Source of the DNA: Epiperipatus broadwayi
Lineage: Eukaryota; Animalia; Onychophora
DNA length: 64,000 nucleotides
Reading direction: 5' to 3'
Assembly (NCBI GenBank): GCA_028023455.1
Contig: JAQFVV010000006.1
Coordinates: 5,952,001-6,016,000, forward strand
Shown here piece by piece: positions 52,590 through 64,000 of the stretch. The notes under the pieces were generated by a model. That model worked only from the letters and a program-made list of their open reading frames with translations. It was not told where the DNA came from and did no database searches. Numbering within the stretch: the stretch's first letter is position 1; each line of letters begins with the position of its first letter. The translations under genes and the position numbers were made by a program.

Positions 52590-52690
52590 AATTTTATTTT
52601 ATAGCTCTGAAGAAGACTGCCAGATAGTTGAAATTGTCAGAAAATTGAATTGAATAAAGACCATTGTGAAAAGTGCAAAGAAGCAACTTT
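52590..52690 (+). mobile_element. Family E Penelope-like pseudo-LTR fragment with degraded HHR
   Basis: ctctgaagaagactgccagatagttgaaattgtcag. Confidence 0.55.
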
Positions 52691-52859
52691 TTAAAGATTT
52701 GTTTTTTTAATAAACAGACACTATCCTTGGAGATATGGCAGTTTCATCTTGTGTTCAGTTATTATTCAAGCTAAGAATAGATGGCTCTGTATTAAAGTAA
52801 ATATGGTGATTTACATATATTTGAGCCGATGTAGTAAACTGAAGAAATTATGAAAAGTT

Positions 52860-53155
52860 TGGTTTAGTCTAATGAATGCCTAATAAAAATTATTAGTTTG
52901 TGTCAAAGTTGTGAGGGCAGAGAGTTTGACACTTAACAATTAAACAGCAGTAATTGGCTATCTATATATATATACTAAACAATGATAAAGATATGTGTAA
53001 GAGATTGTGATCTGGGATAACTGATGAGTGCTGTTTAAGTTTGAAATGTGCATCTTGGGAGACACACATCTTTTTCATGTCTTTGCTCATATGTTTATGA
53101 TTATACCCTTCCACAATATATTAAAAATGGATAGAAACCAGTCCCTACTTTGCAT
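52860..53155 (+). mobile_element. Family B unit
   Basis: CTGATGA at 53021-53027, GAAA at 53043-53046, then tgtgcatcttggg. Confidence 0.75.
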
Positions 53156-53524
53156 GAAATGGAATTTACATATAACCACAAATCTGTAGTAACTTTATGC
53201 TTTAATTTCATGCATCTTAATAATATGATGAATTCATTAAACTTCACGATGAAGTGGTAAATATTGAGAAGCCTTATGTGCTTTAAAAGTGACAGAATAG
53301 CAAATTCAAAAATTAAAGATACCTGAATCTGTACCAATTGTCAACTAGTGAAAGCTTTGTTTAACCTGATATTTGATTCAAAGACTACATAATCTTCCAA
53401 ATAACTAATCACATAATTATTTTATTTAAAATATTGACTTGCTACTTATTGCCGTAATGTCATCTTATTATGTAGAATGCTGCCATTGTTCAGTAGTGAC
53501 AAATCTACTAAAACATGGTTTCAA

Positions 53525-54015
53525 ATCTCTCCATATAGCAGTGCCACCTAGTGCAAGCTATAGCAATCAATATTAAATGAGTAGGAACTAGATGGGGATT
53601 TTATGCACAAAACTATTAGTATCTATTCATTACTATGGCTTTCACTATGTGGCACTACTGTAAATTATGTAAGGAAGGAATAGAAAATATTAGGCATCTG
53701 TTAATTGAATGTAAATGCTTGAAAACAAAAAGGGTACATATAATGAAGTTATGGAAAAATAAATATAAAAAAAGTGATTATACAGAAAGTGAATTATTGT
53801 TTTTTATGCTGGGTTTGGGAAAAGATAAAGGGGATTTAGATATAAAGGTTGTAGAGTTGACAAAGATTATGTTGTGGAAATGGGATGGAGCAGAATATGG
53901 AGAAATTTAGAGAGGGGAATGGAAAATAAAGTGGCTAACAGGTTTATCTGGGCATAATTGCTGAGATATTCTTGACTTCATTTAAGAAGAAGCCACAATA
54001 CATCAATCAGATCAC
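53525..54015 (+). mobile_element. Family F fold-back fragment joined to the 3' end of the RTE/RTEX-like LINE
   Basis: F sequence gtggcactactgta runs into tgtaaattatgtaaggaagg (CKLCKEGIENIRHLLIEC). Confidence 0.8.
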
Positions 54016-54771
54016 ATTACTGTTTTACTCAAACTTTAATATGTTCGGCAAACTTTTTGATATTTATGTGAATAAAAACTACAAAAGCTGTATTAATGTA
54101 ATAAGCATCAGGTTGTTAAATCAGATCTAAGTATATGTAGAACATGTAAATAATTTTTTTAGAATTCAGCTAGCGTATTGGAAGGCTTAATAAAATAATA
54201 ATGAAGGTAGAAAAAACTATTTCATAACCTAAGTCTACTTTGGCACTTTCAGGGGTGAAAAGTGTCATGTGATTTCATGCAGTGTTGGGAGTGGCCAACT
54301 CTAGAACTCAAGCTCCATGGATTGCGACACCACTGTAACATTTCCAGTGCTTGAAATTTCTATAACTGGCAGAACAATAAATCAATTGCTTACTACTACT
54401 AATGGCTAAATGTACTGTACAAGTCTTCTCTTAGTCATTAGTAAACATATGGCCTCAATGTCTTCTCTAAACTCCTCTCTTGACTAAAGATCCCATTTTT
54501 ATATTAGATGTTCTATTACACTATGAAATTAACTTCTTTATTTCCTTATCCTATTTGTTATTGAGAAAGGAATAACGTTAATTAAGCTATTTGTTTTTTT
54601 GCTTCAAAGTAGTAAACCATCAGGTTATGAATTCCTTAATAATCGGAGTCAGTTTTTCATTATTTAGCTTTTTTATGAATTCATTTTTAAGTGTGTGCAA
54701 TTTATATATATGCATGCACAATATCTAAAACAAGTTGGGCTAAAAAGGATAGCAATTACAAACTAACAATG

Positions 54772-54900
54772 AACATGTGATGTGATGTGTAGTAACGTGA
54801 CTTCTGCTTAAACGGAGTCAGGAATCTCTCGGCAACTATGCCCAAAGAAATCTGTTAGCCACTTTACCTTCCCCTTCCATTCCCCACCCTAAGCTTTCCC
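54772..54900 (-). mobile_element. RTE/RTEX-like LINE extreme 3' end
   Basis: Reverse complement of about 29640-29762, including the (atcac)n tail. Confidence 0.8.
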
Positions 54901-56409
54901 ATAAATATGAGTGTTGGTAGCTGAGAACCCCTACTAGCGTTGGAGCAGAAAGCACATTGGTATCACTTTTAATAAGTAAAAAGTTTATCTAATAGATCTT
55001 ATAAACTTTTTTTTTCAAATATATTTGATATTAGGAATTTATAGCTCTAATTAGAATTAAGTCTTTAATAATTAAAAATGGTCACACTTATCAATTAATC
55101 ATAAACTTTGTTAATTACTTCTCTTTAGAGTCGAAATAGTTAGCTAATGCATTGCCTTATCGTTTCGTAATTAGCAAGAATTTTTAAATTTTATTAAATC
55201 GAAAGCTCACGAATAATACAAATTTTCCGAACACCAGTTGTGACAAGCCACCCAAGATGAATCTCACTAATGATAAAACCACGCAGAAGAATGATTATAG
55301 GAAAAATATTAGAATAGAAAAAAAAAATGTGTAAACGCATTTATCTCTTTTAGCTAACTGGTGACATAAAACATGCTATGCCTATGGCCAAGTTGAATAA
55401 ACAAATTTGACATTTTTAAATTGTTACAATATATATATACAGAAAGTGCTTCGTGATACAGCCGTTAGTGTATGCGCCTGCAATGCTCATAATTCTTGGA
55501 TTCCGATTTGGATTAGTTGACCTTGAAAATTTTGTCAAATCATTCAGAAAGGTATTTTTTGTCTAGGTATATAGTAATAATCAATAAATGGATGGTCAGG
55601 TTTGTATTAATAGAATAATGGATTCTGGAGCTCAAAATCAATGAATCACGACTCTGGCTGTGTGAATTTTGTTTCCCAAATTTTTAATAACACCTGAGCA
55701 ATAAAATGTTTAATAAGTTATACTTATGTTTAATGGATATTTAGAGCAGGAGTTACTGTAAATTCTCAATGAGATATATGTAGACTAGTACAAGATTGTC
55801 AGTAAAGGAAAAAATACAGTGTACCACTTTAGTTTGAATCGTATATAAGCATCCAATTTATTGGCATGTCGCACGGCAGAACATGAAGTCTGTACATTAA
55901 TGTGATTTCAGTATACCCATTAGCCAATCTAAAATCACTATAAGCAATCAATAGATAAAAGTCACACCTCTTTATAACAAACCCTATTGGATTCATGTTC
56001 TATGTTGTAACACACAAATTGAATGCTTAAATACAATCCCAGCTGAAGTACAAATGGATCCACTCTCCACTTTTTTGGTTATTGGTGGGTGTGCATTAGT
56101 TAATATATAGCTCACTGTGAATTTACATTAATTTTTGCTTTATTTTCATCTATGTTCAATTATTATTAATTATCATAAATACATAATTGCATACTTAATG
56201 CATAATTGCATAATTATTTGTTGAAGGATAACAATTCTAGATTAATATGGGTTACTTAGATGAATGGTGTGCCCTGACTATAGGAATAATAATAATATTG
56301 TAAAATAAAGAGTAGCAATGAGTACCAAAAGGGCGATTTGCAAGAGTTTTGTTGAGTGATTATCATAAAATGTACATTTAGCAGCAAATTCATTTTGCTC
56401 ACCGCAGTT

Positions 56410-57040
56410 ACGATATCTAGTGTAAGCTTCAGTAATCAATAGATGTCAGATGGTAAAAATTACTAACCAATGTTCTATATCTAGTATCACCAGACTAATT
56501 TTTGGTTTATAGGTTTCTTCAGTGAGGAGCTTTGTATCTTGGAGCATTGCACCTGGAAATTTTGGACCTAATACACTTTGCCTCTATCAGCCATAACTGA
56601 CTTCTTTGTTTTGCTATGCTCACATAATTATATAGATCTGAAACCAGCACAGGATCTACATATTATAGTGACATGAAATGTTTTATTGATTTGTACCAAT
56701 CTTGGCCATAGAGGCATCTATAATTGCTAAAAGACTAAAGACACCATAACAGGAAAATAATGAACTGAATTCAGATCTTTATAACTATACAAGCATATCA
56801 GCTTTGATTGAAACACAATATTTTCTTTAATTTAATGGAGTAGCTTAATAATAAAGCAAAGAGGTAAAAATGGTTCCCAGAGGAAAAGTGCAGGTGCAGG
56901 ATCCAAAGCTTCTCACTGATGGAAGCCATAAGATAGCAACTAGACTAGAATATTGGATAAAGCAGTATTGGATCAGAAATTTCCTACAGTATCATCTAGC
57001 ATCCACTAATTACTAAAACTTGCAATAGGTGGCATAAGCG
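56410..57040. mobile_element. Family F old inverted pair
   Basis: ttcttcagtgaggagctttg (-) near 56515 and aaagcttctcactgatggaagcc (+) near 56905. Confidence 0.55.
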
Positions 57041-59172
57041 GATTAATTGCATTCCATGTGATATTCTATTTATTTATTTTCACAATCTGGGATTCAAATC
57101 CAGATTAAATTGAGTTTGAGCATTTTTTAAAATGAGAAGCAGATTAGGAGGGGGATCACTTTTAAAATGTATATGGGTATCTAAAAATACTGCAGTTTTT
57201 CAGAATATTCACAATGTTTAACACTTCTATGAGTTGTGGTAGAATAAGATGTAAAATATTTGCTTAAATATTTACAACTTGTAATGTTTAACATATTAAT
57301 CCCACCATGACTTAAGTGAGATGAAGAATCAAGAATTCATTTTTGTATATTAGTGAAATCAAACAAATAATCTTATGTTGGTAAAACAAATAATCATATG
57401 TTGGTAAAAAGGGTTCAAAGTAGTGGATAACTTGCATTTATATAAGATATTACAGCAAAATGAAGGAAATGGTGAATTTGGTAATAACAAATAATTATTA
57501 ATTATATACATTAATGATCATAGCCAATGTAATGTAATGTACATTATAATGGTGTATATCTACATTGAAAGATATTCTCCATAGTTATATATAAATTAAT
57601 AGTGTATAGTAAATAAACCTCTTTTTAAAATTATATGGATAACTTCCCAAGAGTACATAAACATTTAATTGACAGATTAAGTTAATGGTTATACTCTATT
57701 AACTCAACTGAAACGTCTTCTTTTATCAATGGATATACGATACAAAGACCTTTGCCTTTTGAATCCTTCTCTCCCCTGCTATGCTAAACTTCATAGTACT
57801 ACCATGAGAATATGTGTTAGTTATGATAAAACTTGATAGAAGAAGATTCTTTGGTGATAAAGAAAACAGCTGATGAGAACTATTGTTCTATGGGTAATTA
57901 TATTTGAAATCTAAGATGGTTTGGTGCCTTTAGAAATATATTTTTATCATGGCAGTAAACTCCGATGTTGTAATACAATCTACTCTTTTTTATTTATTCA
58001 GTAATATGTTACCATTCACTTTCCAAACCTATATTATTCTAGGAATGACTAATGACTAGTTGAATAGCTGAGTTGCCTGATATTTATGTCATATGGTCTT
58101 GATTCAAACACCGGATCATGGATGCCAAAATGCCGGGTGAGATTCTAAAATCGATTGCAGTAGCACATACAGTTCAAGAACTCTAATGAACTCTGCTCAG
58201 GAAACAAATGTGTTAACAGTCCACCACAATGTCCCTTAAAATTATGCAATCAAACTCATAAATGGTAGTTATTAAATACTTATCTAAATGAATTTTGTGT
58301 AGGATTGAAACTTTATTAATCAAAAACACGCAATAAAAAGAATATGAAACTAAATTAAAAGATAAGATTAGAGACTAAAAAAGAATGGGTTAAAATATAC
58401 TTAATTTTAAAATTTTGATAAGGGAAATTTCACTGGAATCCATCTTAAAAGTCACATTAATTTGAAGTAAATTAGATTTCACTGAGATACTGTAAAGTAA
58501 GTTGTTTTATAAGTAAGTGGATTGGGGATGATTAAAGTTATAGAACTGTAAAGGAAGAAAGTAAATAAAGAAAAGATAATAAAAAAAACTGATAAATTAT
58601 TTTAATATAAAAATGAATCATAATTGCAAGTTTTTTTTAAAAAGAGCAGAAAAATAGCCGTTGTTTGAAAAAGTTTTAAACCAGGTATAACCTGCCCGAA
58701 CTGGAGCAATTGCCAAAAATATAATTTCTCGTAGAATCCTTGACTAGAAAATCTGATTGATAAAACCTGAAAATGTTTCAAAAGGCTCAAGACTTTTTCA
58801 TATAGTTAGCCCAAACTACCATCCAATATGAGTCAGCAAATGGGTATCTAGCTATGATTGGTTAGAGTACAAACAATTATGAAAAACATGTTCAAACTCT
58901 TATCAGTTGACGTTTGCCAGCCTAGTGAGTACTGCCTTCTGCTTAACTGTTCATATATGATGTGCCTCTAGAGAGGGTTTTCCCTTATAGTGCTCGATTA
59001 CAGACAATATTACATTTTTATTTATACAATACATGTGAGTAATTAAAAAAAATGAAAGATATACTAGAGCAAATAATGAAGGACATAAAAGTCTCATTAT
59101 TTGTTGCTCTTCAAATATTCGAATTATCTTCTTTCTCACATTTTTTACGATTTCTAACTTCTTTCTCTTTTT

Positions 59173-59264
59173 TTTTTTAATGTGTCAAAGCGTCGGCCGG
59201 GAAGCGAATCCTGGGACACTACTTGTAAGGCGGCTGTGTTAACCCCTCAGCCACCAACGCTTGC
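59173..59264 (-). mobile_element. tRNA-Gly(TCC)-derived micro-SINE with poly(A) and 15-bp TSD
   Basis: Minus strand GCGTTGGTGGCTGAGGGGTTAACACAGCCGCCTTACAAGTAGTGTCCCAGGATTCGCTTCCCGGCCGACGC; TSD cttctttctcttttt at 59158-59172 and 59265-59279. Confidence 0.9.
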
Positions 59265-59444
59265 CTTCTTTCTCTTTTTAAGTTGGAAATTATAAAAAGT
59301 GCAAAAGAGAAGCAATGGATAGTGAGACTTGCAAAAAAGATTTCTTGAAAGAACAGCTTTGCTTGGTTAATGATGATGATGATAGCGATTATGTGTAAGC
59401 TTTTCAATATATAGGAGGTATACGTTAATATTATATCAACCTAG

Positions 59445-60055
59445 GATGCATCAACTGCTAATCAAATTAGCATAAGCTTAATCATAAATATGTATCAGAT
59501 ACTGTATTTAAAATTAAGTTGATGTGTAATAGATCTTTATATGTGTAAAATTTTATTTCATACTGCATTAAAAGAAAGCAGATCATTTTATTCAGTTTTT
59601 TCAATAATGAAATGAAAGAATATGCACCAATTGCTAACCAAATCAACATAAGTTTAACAAAAATGTGTATCAGATACTGCATGCAGTAAGTTTATGTGCA
59701 TAATTCTATATTTATGCCCTTCACCTTGTACTGCATTAAAAAATATCTTATTCACTGTTGGTCAATAAGAAACAAAAAAAATACGCACCAGTTACTAGCC
59801 AAATCAATTCCTATGCTTAACCATAAGTGTGTATCAGATATTGTATTTACTAAGCGTGTGTGCATGACTCTATGAATGTGAGAAATTTATATCGTACTGC
59901 ACAAAAAGTAAACAAATCATTTTATTTAGTTTTACTAATAATAAATAGAAGAAATATGCACCAATTACTAACCAAACCAGCATAAGCCTAACAATTAGGT
60001 ACTGTATTCGGTAAGTTAATGTGCATAACTCTATATATGTGTGAGAATTTATGTA
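59445..60055. repeat. Diverged tandem repeat, unit about 160-176 bp, about 3.5 copies
   Basis: atgcaccaa-like starts near 59446, 59622, 59782 and 59956; gtatcagata recurs. Confidence 0.8.
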
Positions 60056-61329
60056 CGCAAGTTTAACTTCTGGTAAAATTTACAGATTTTTTAAGATATA
60101 TATATATTAAATTAATAGTAGAAACGAATCAGAACTTATTTGTCTTTTTAATGACTTACTTTAATATTTTGGTTCTTTTTCAAATCAATTTTTAACCTTA
60201 CAGAGCACCAAGCAATCTCAGATTAGAAATATTGATGAATGATTAGTTATATTTCGGAGAAACTGTTTAATTTAAATGCAGTTAAAAACGTTTTTTACAT
60301 GATTATTAATGTTAAAGAATCACGAGTCAAAAGCTCATAAGTCAGAAATGTCACCAGAAAATTATTCTAGTTGGAAAACACATTTCATTGTACATTCCTA
60401 TTCATCATTTGAATTACTAACTGAAGTTTATGTCTTTAAAAGGTCAAATGAACATTGAACGAGATCAAAGGTTACAGGTCACAAGTTTAACATACAATAG
60501 AAAAAAAATGCATCTAAAGAATCTCTAGAATATATGTGTGTGTGTGTATACATAATGCAAAGTACTTTATTTTTCCATGGAATCCTGTGATTTGTTTAGA
60601 TTTTGTGTGGTCATCTTGTTCAACTATAATAACATCAAGGTTGAGGAAAACACTATTTTTAAATGCCTTTATTTAACTTAGAAATTCTTTGCTTCTTTTG
60701 CAATCGATTTTAATAGACTTTTAACTACCAAATATTCTTTAAATTTTGAACACATGTTAGATATAGATGACAGTACAATATGGTAATGCAATATTTCAGG
60801 ATTAACAAATTGTTTGTTCCTACTAACAGTGTTGGTGGGATCACATTTCAAACCATGTTGAGATAGAGTCAGTAAGTTTTTGATAATTCACAATAGATGG
60901 TGTTATATTTTATAAGTGCATTCTTAATGAATTTCATAACTAATTTACTAGTTCATTGGTATATATATCAATGTTCAAGTTCTCACATGATGACTGAAAT
61001 TTAATGTAATTCGAATGACAATGTGGTACAGTGGAAAAATCTGACTTCAAACTCATTAATGCCCAACAAGTCTTCAATGAAATACCAGCATGATTTGGAT
61101 TATCTACACAATCGATTTCTCAAGATATTAATGTCTTCTGGGACTTTTCACTGCTCAAAAGATCTCAAGACACCTGAACTTTTTTTATATTTTAAGTGAC
61201 GATGTAGCGTAGCTACAAAATCTGTTCTCCAACTTATCACCATATACATGTATCAAGTCTTTTATGTAATAACTCCTGAGTAAAATTTACCTTAATAAAA
61301 AAAAAATTACTAAAAAATGTTTACCTCAG

Positions 61330-63085
61330 TGCCCTCATGTTTATAGCCTATATTGATCTGTTATTGAAGGCCATTGACAAACTATTTCCCGGCATTTTTA
61401 TTCTTAGATTGGCAAGATTGTTAAAGGTCGTAGCTTATATAGATGATATTATTATCTTTCCTCCCTTCAGCCACATACTTACCTCAGTTATTCTCTATAT
61501 TGGACCACTATACAGCAAACTATGGCCTCCTAATAAATCAGCTATATGGAAAGTGTGCTCAGGTCAAAAGCTCGTAACTAAAGTTTCAGCCAACCCTCAG
61601 AAATTTTTGGAATTTGCAATATATAAATCTTATACTCAAGTGTCTAAAGATATCCAAAATAATTATCGTTAAGTCCATGGAAGGACTTGCCAAGTGCCTA
61701 TCCAAGGTAAACCTCTCCTTGCATGGCAAGGTAAGGCTCCTTGACATGAAGATCATGGCCAATTTAAACTATTACTTGCCCATCATCAAAATTACCAAAA
61801 TCTTCATCAGGAAAATGAATACACTGGCAGCCTGGCTGTTTTGGGGTGGTAGGGTTGCCACAATAAGTATTGACAGAATGCAGATTCATCAAAAATACAA
61901 CAGCTTATCCTATCACTCTATCCAAGACATCCTTGTTCAAAAGACATTTGACTTCATCTCCATACTGATCAGAATTTTTGTATATCTGCAGATAATCCAA
62001 CCAATCACTCCCACAGATAGACCACCTCCTAAGTCTAGTAATTTCCTAGATGCAGTAGTTGAATTAATCAAAAATTATATGGTTATCACAAATGACACAA
62101 TTGACAACCGGATTAGCATTTGGGAGGCTCATAGACTTATAAATCTGGTAATTATCCCCATACGACTTGAACTTGGGATAACCAACAAGAAAGTCATCTC
62201 ACTCTTCAGTTACTGGTTCATGGAGCCAAAATACTTGGATTTCACTATTAAAATAAACTTGAACTCCATAAGCACTAACTGGTTTCTTGTATATAGGCAT
62301 GACATTAACAAGATTGATTCTATCTGCCCCCTCTGTCAGATGCACAATGAAACATTTGACCATCAAGTTTGCTCATGTCCTGGCTTTTCAAAATCCAGAA
62401 GGATTATAATTAATAACCTCAAAGTAAATTATTATCTGGTCACCTCACTTATAGATAGTATCAAAACAAGGTCAATACCAATCATAAGACTATTTTTATT
62501 CATTAATTATGCATTTTGGACCCCCCACTGCAAAATAATCTTTGATTCCAGATATATTCAGATAGATAACTTTATAATTAAAAAACTAATAAAAATTAAA
62601 CATCATGACTCCAGGCTCCGAATGTTAGATTTTCCAAGACATGGATGGGATCTTATTACATTAGCAGAATGATTCCTTTGTAACATTTGATTCAATCCCA
62701 GACTAAACCTTCTCTGAAAATGGGATTTGAATATCCCAAAGATCAGACTTTTGCTATTTAATCAGTATATAGCACTACTTTTGTGATACTCTGCATGAAA
62801 TTTCCGTGTTGCTGAGATGTCAGTACCTTTCCTTTTGCGAAGTAAGGTCACTAATAACCAAGTAGTAGAACGCAGCATCTAACAGGATAATGTGGGTGAT
62901 TGATCAGTCTACATACATGGTGGCAGTAGATAATGACAACAGGTTATTTCTTATCCTGATTATTAACATATTTCAATTTATTGATTACATGGTATAGATT
63001 GTATACTCATTTTACTACATATAACTAAGTCTTGTATTCTATTATTCCCATTTACACTTTGTAACATTGTACACTCTTAATAAAT
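61330..63085 (+). mobile_element. 5'-truncated L1/Tx1-like LINE (end of RT plus C-terminal zinc finger, then 3' UTR)
   Basis: KVVAYIDD in 61337-61672; 352-aa ORF 61614-62672 with CPLCQMHNETFDHQVCSC and YAFW; the 3' boundary is approximate. Confidence 0.85.
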
Positions 63086-63599
63086 TGTTGAGACTAATTT
63101 GATGTTATAAATCTACATTGCAAAGAAATATCTACAAAATTGAAGAAAAAAAAAAATATAATATTAATAAAATTTCTTTCAGTAAAGAAATTTTGCATTT
63201 TTAAAGCAGTAAATATCCTTTTACTAATAAAGGTTACTTTTGAAAGTAAATAATTATTTTTAACAGTTTATTTTACGCACTAAAAATAGTTCAAATGATT
63301 GAATAATTTATTATTCAGGAGTTTGTAAAAAGTTTGAACTCCAGAAGTAACAAAGCTGAGCCATGATCCAAGAATCTTGATCTCTGATGTCCGCTAATTT
63401 ATCATTGCACCGTACCACACATAACATTTTAAGTAATATTTATTTTATACAGTACAAACAGTATTTGAAATTAAATTGAGAGACTGCAAACCTCTCGTGG
63501 TCATCATTATCCAACAGCCAATAAGATGTTCTCAATAGCGATCAAATCATAAATACAAGTCAGAGAATTTAACAAGAAGAAGGCGGTCCACCTTCTTCC

Positions 63600-63968
63600 T
63601 TACTTATCTTTCTATATATCCAAGCCAGTCTAAAGTATCTTGATTTGAAAGCGTGAAGCTCTAAATATCTTCACATTTAACTCACTAAGTTTAAATTACA
63701 AATCTACAGCGTGAAATCCTACGATTTACTACGCAGTAGTTTTTAGATGTTATAACTTACAGTAATGTATGTTTGTGCTTTATAAAATAAATATTATTTA
63801 CATACATTACTGCAAGTTATAACTTCTAAAAACTACTACGTAGTAAATCATAGGATTGCACGCTGTAGGTTTGTAATTTAAACTCAGTGAGTTAAATGTG
63901 AAGATATTTAGAGCTTCATGCTTTCAAATCAAGATACTTCAGACTGTATATATAGAAAGACAAGTAAA
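63600..63968. mobile_element. Young MITE-like fold-back with arms of about 170 bp
   Basis: cagtctaaagtatcttgatttgaaagcgtgaagctctaaatatcttcac ... gtgaagatatttagagcttcatgctttcaaatcaagatacttcagactg; few mismatches, CpGs retained. Confidence 0.85.
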
Positions 63969-64000
63969 GTAGAAAGTATGGACACTGAAGCTTGAATTGA

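Noticed and set aside
57700-58260. Fossil ORF in a CpG-containing tract
   Set aside because: Stop density is close to random expectation in the frames I translated
43489-59264. The three tRNA-like copies as functional tRNA genes
   Set aside because: Damaged T-arm/B box and acceptor pairing; TSDs and poly(A) indicate retroposition

Overview
Very AT-rich (about 30% GC by eye, not computed), CpG-depleted eukaryotic DNA, most likely an intergenic or intronic region of an invertebrate animal. No intact host gene, rRNA, functional tRNA or CRISPR array is supported, and most listed ORFs are repeat-derived. The dominant unexplained structure is a dense set of hammerhead-ribozyme (HHR) motifs, more than 30 copies counted by eye, in five short-repeat families labelled here A/C, B, D, E and F. 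Three families form tandem units of about 340-475 bp with one type I HHR per unit (retrozyme-like). Two carry tRNA-like Pol III modules, and many copies sit as inverted (fold-back) dimers, one with a 13-bp TSD. Also present: decayed RTE/RTEX-like and L1/Tx1-like LINEs, a tRNA-Gly-derived micro-SINE with TSDs, several MITE-like fold-backs, local satellites, and a few CpG-retaining fossil reading frames that I cannot assign. All alignments and folds were done by eye; element boundaries are approximate unless a TSD is given.
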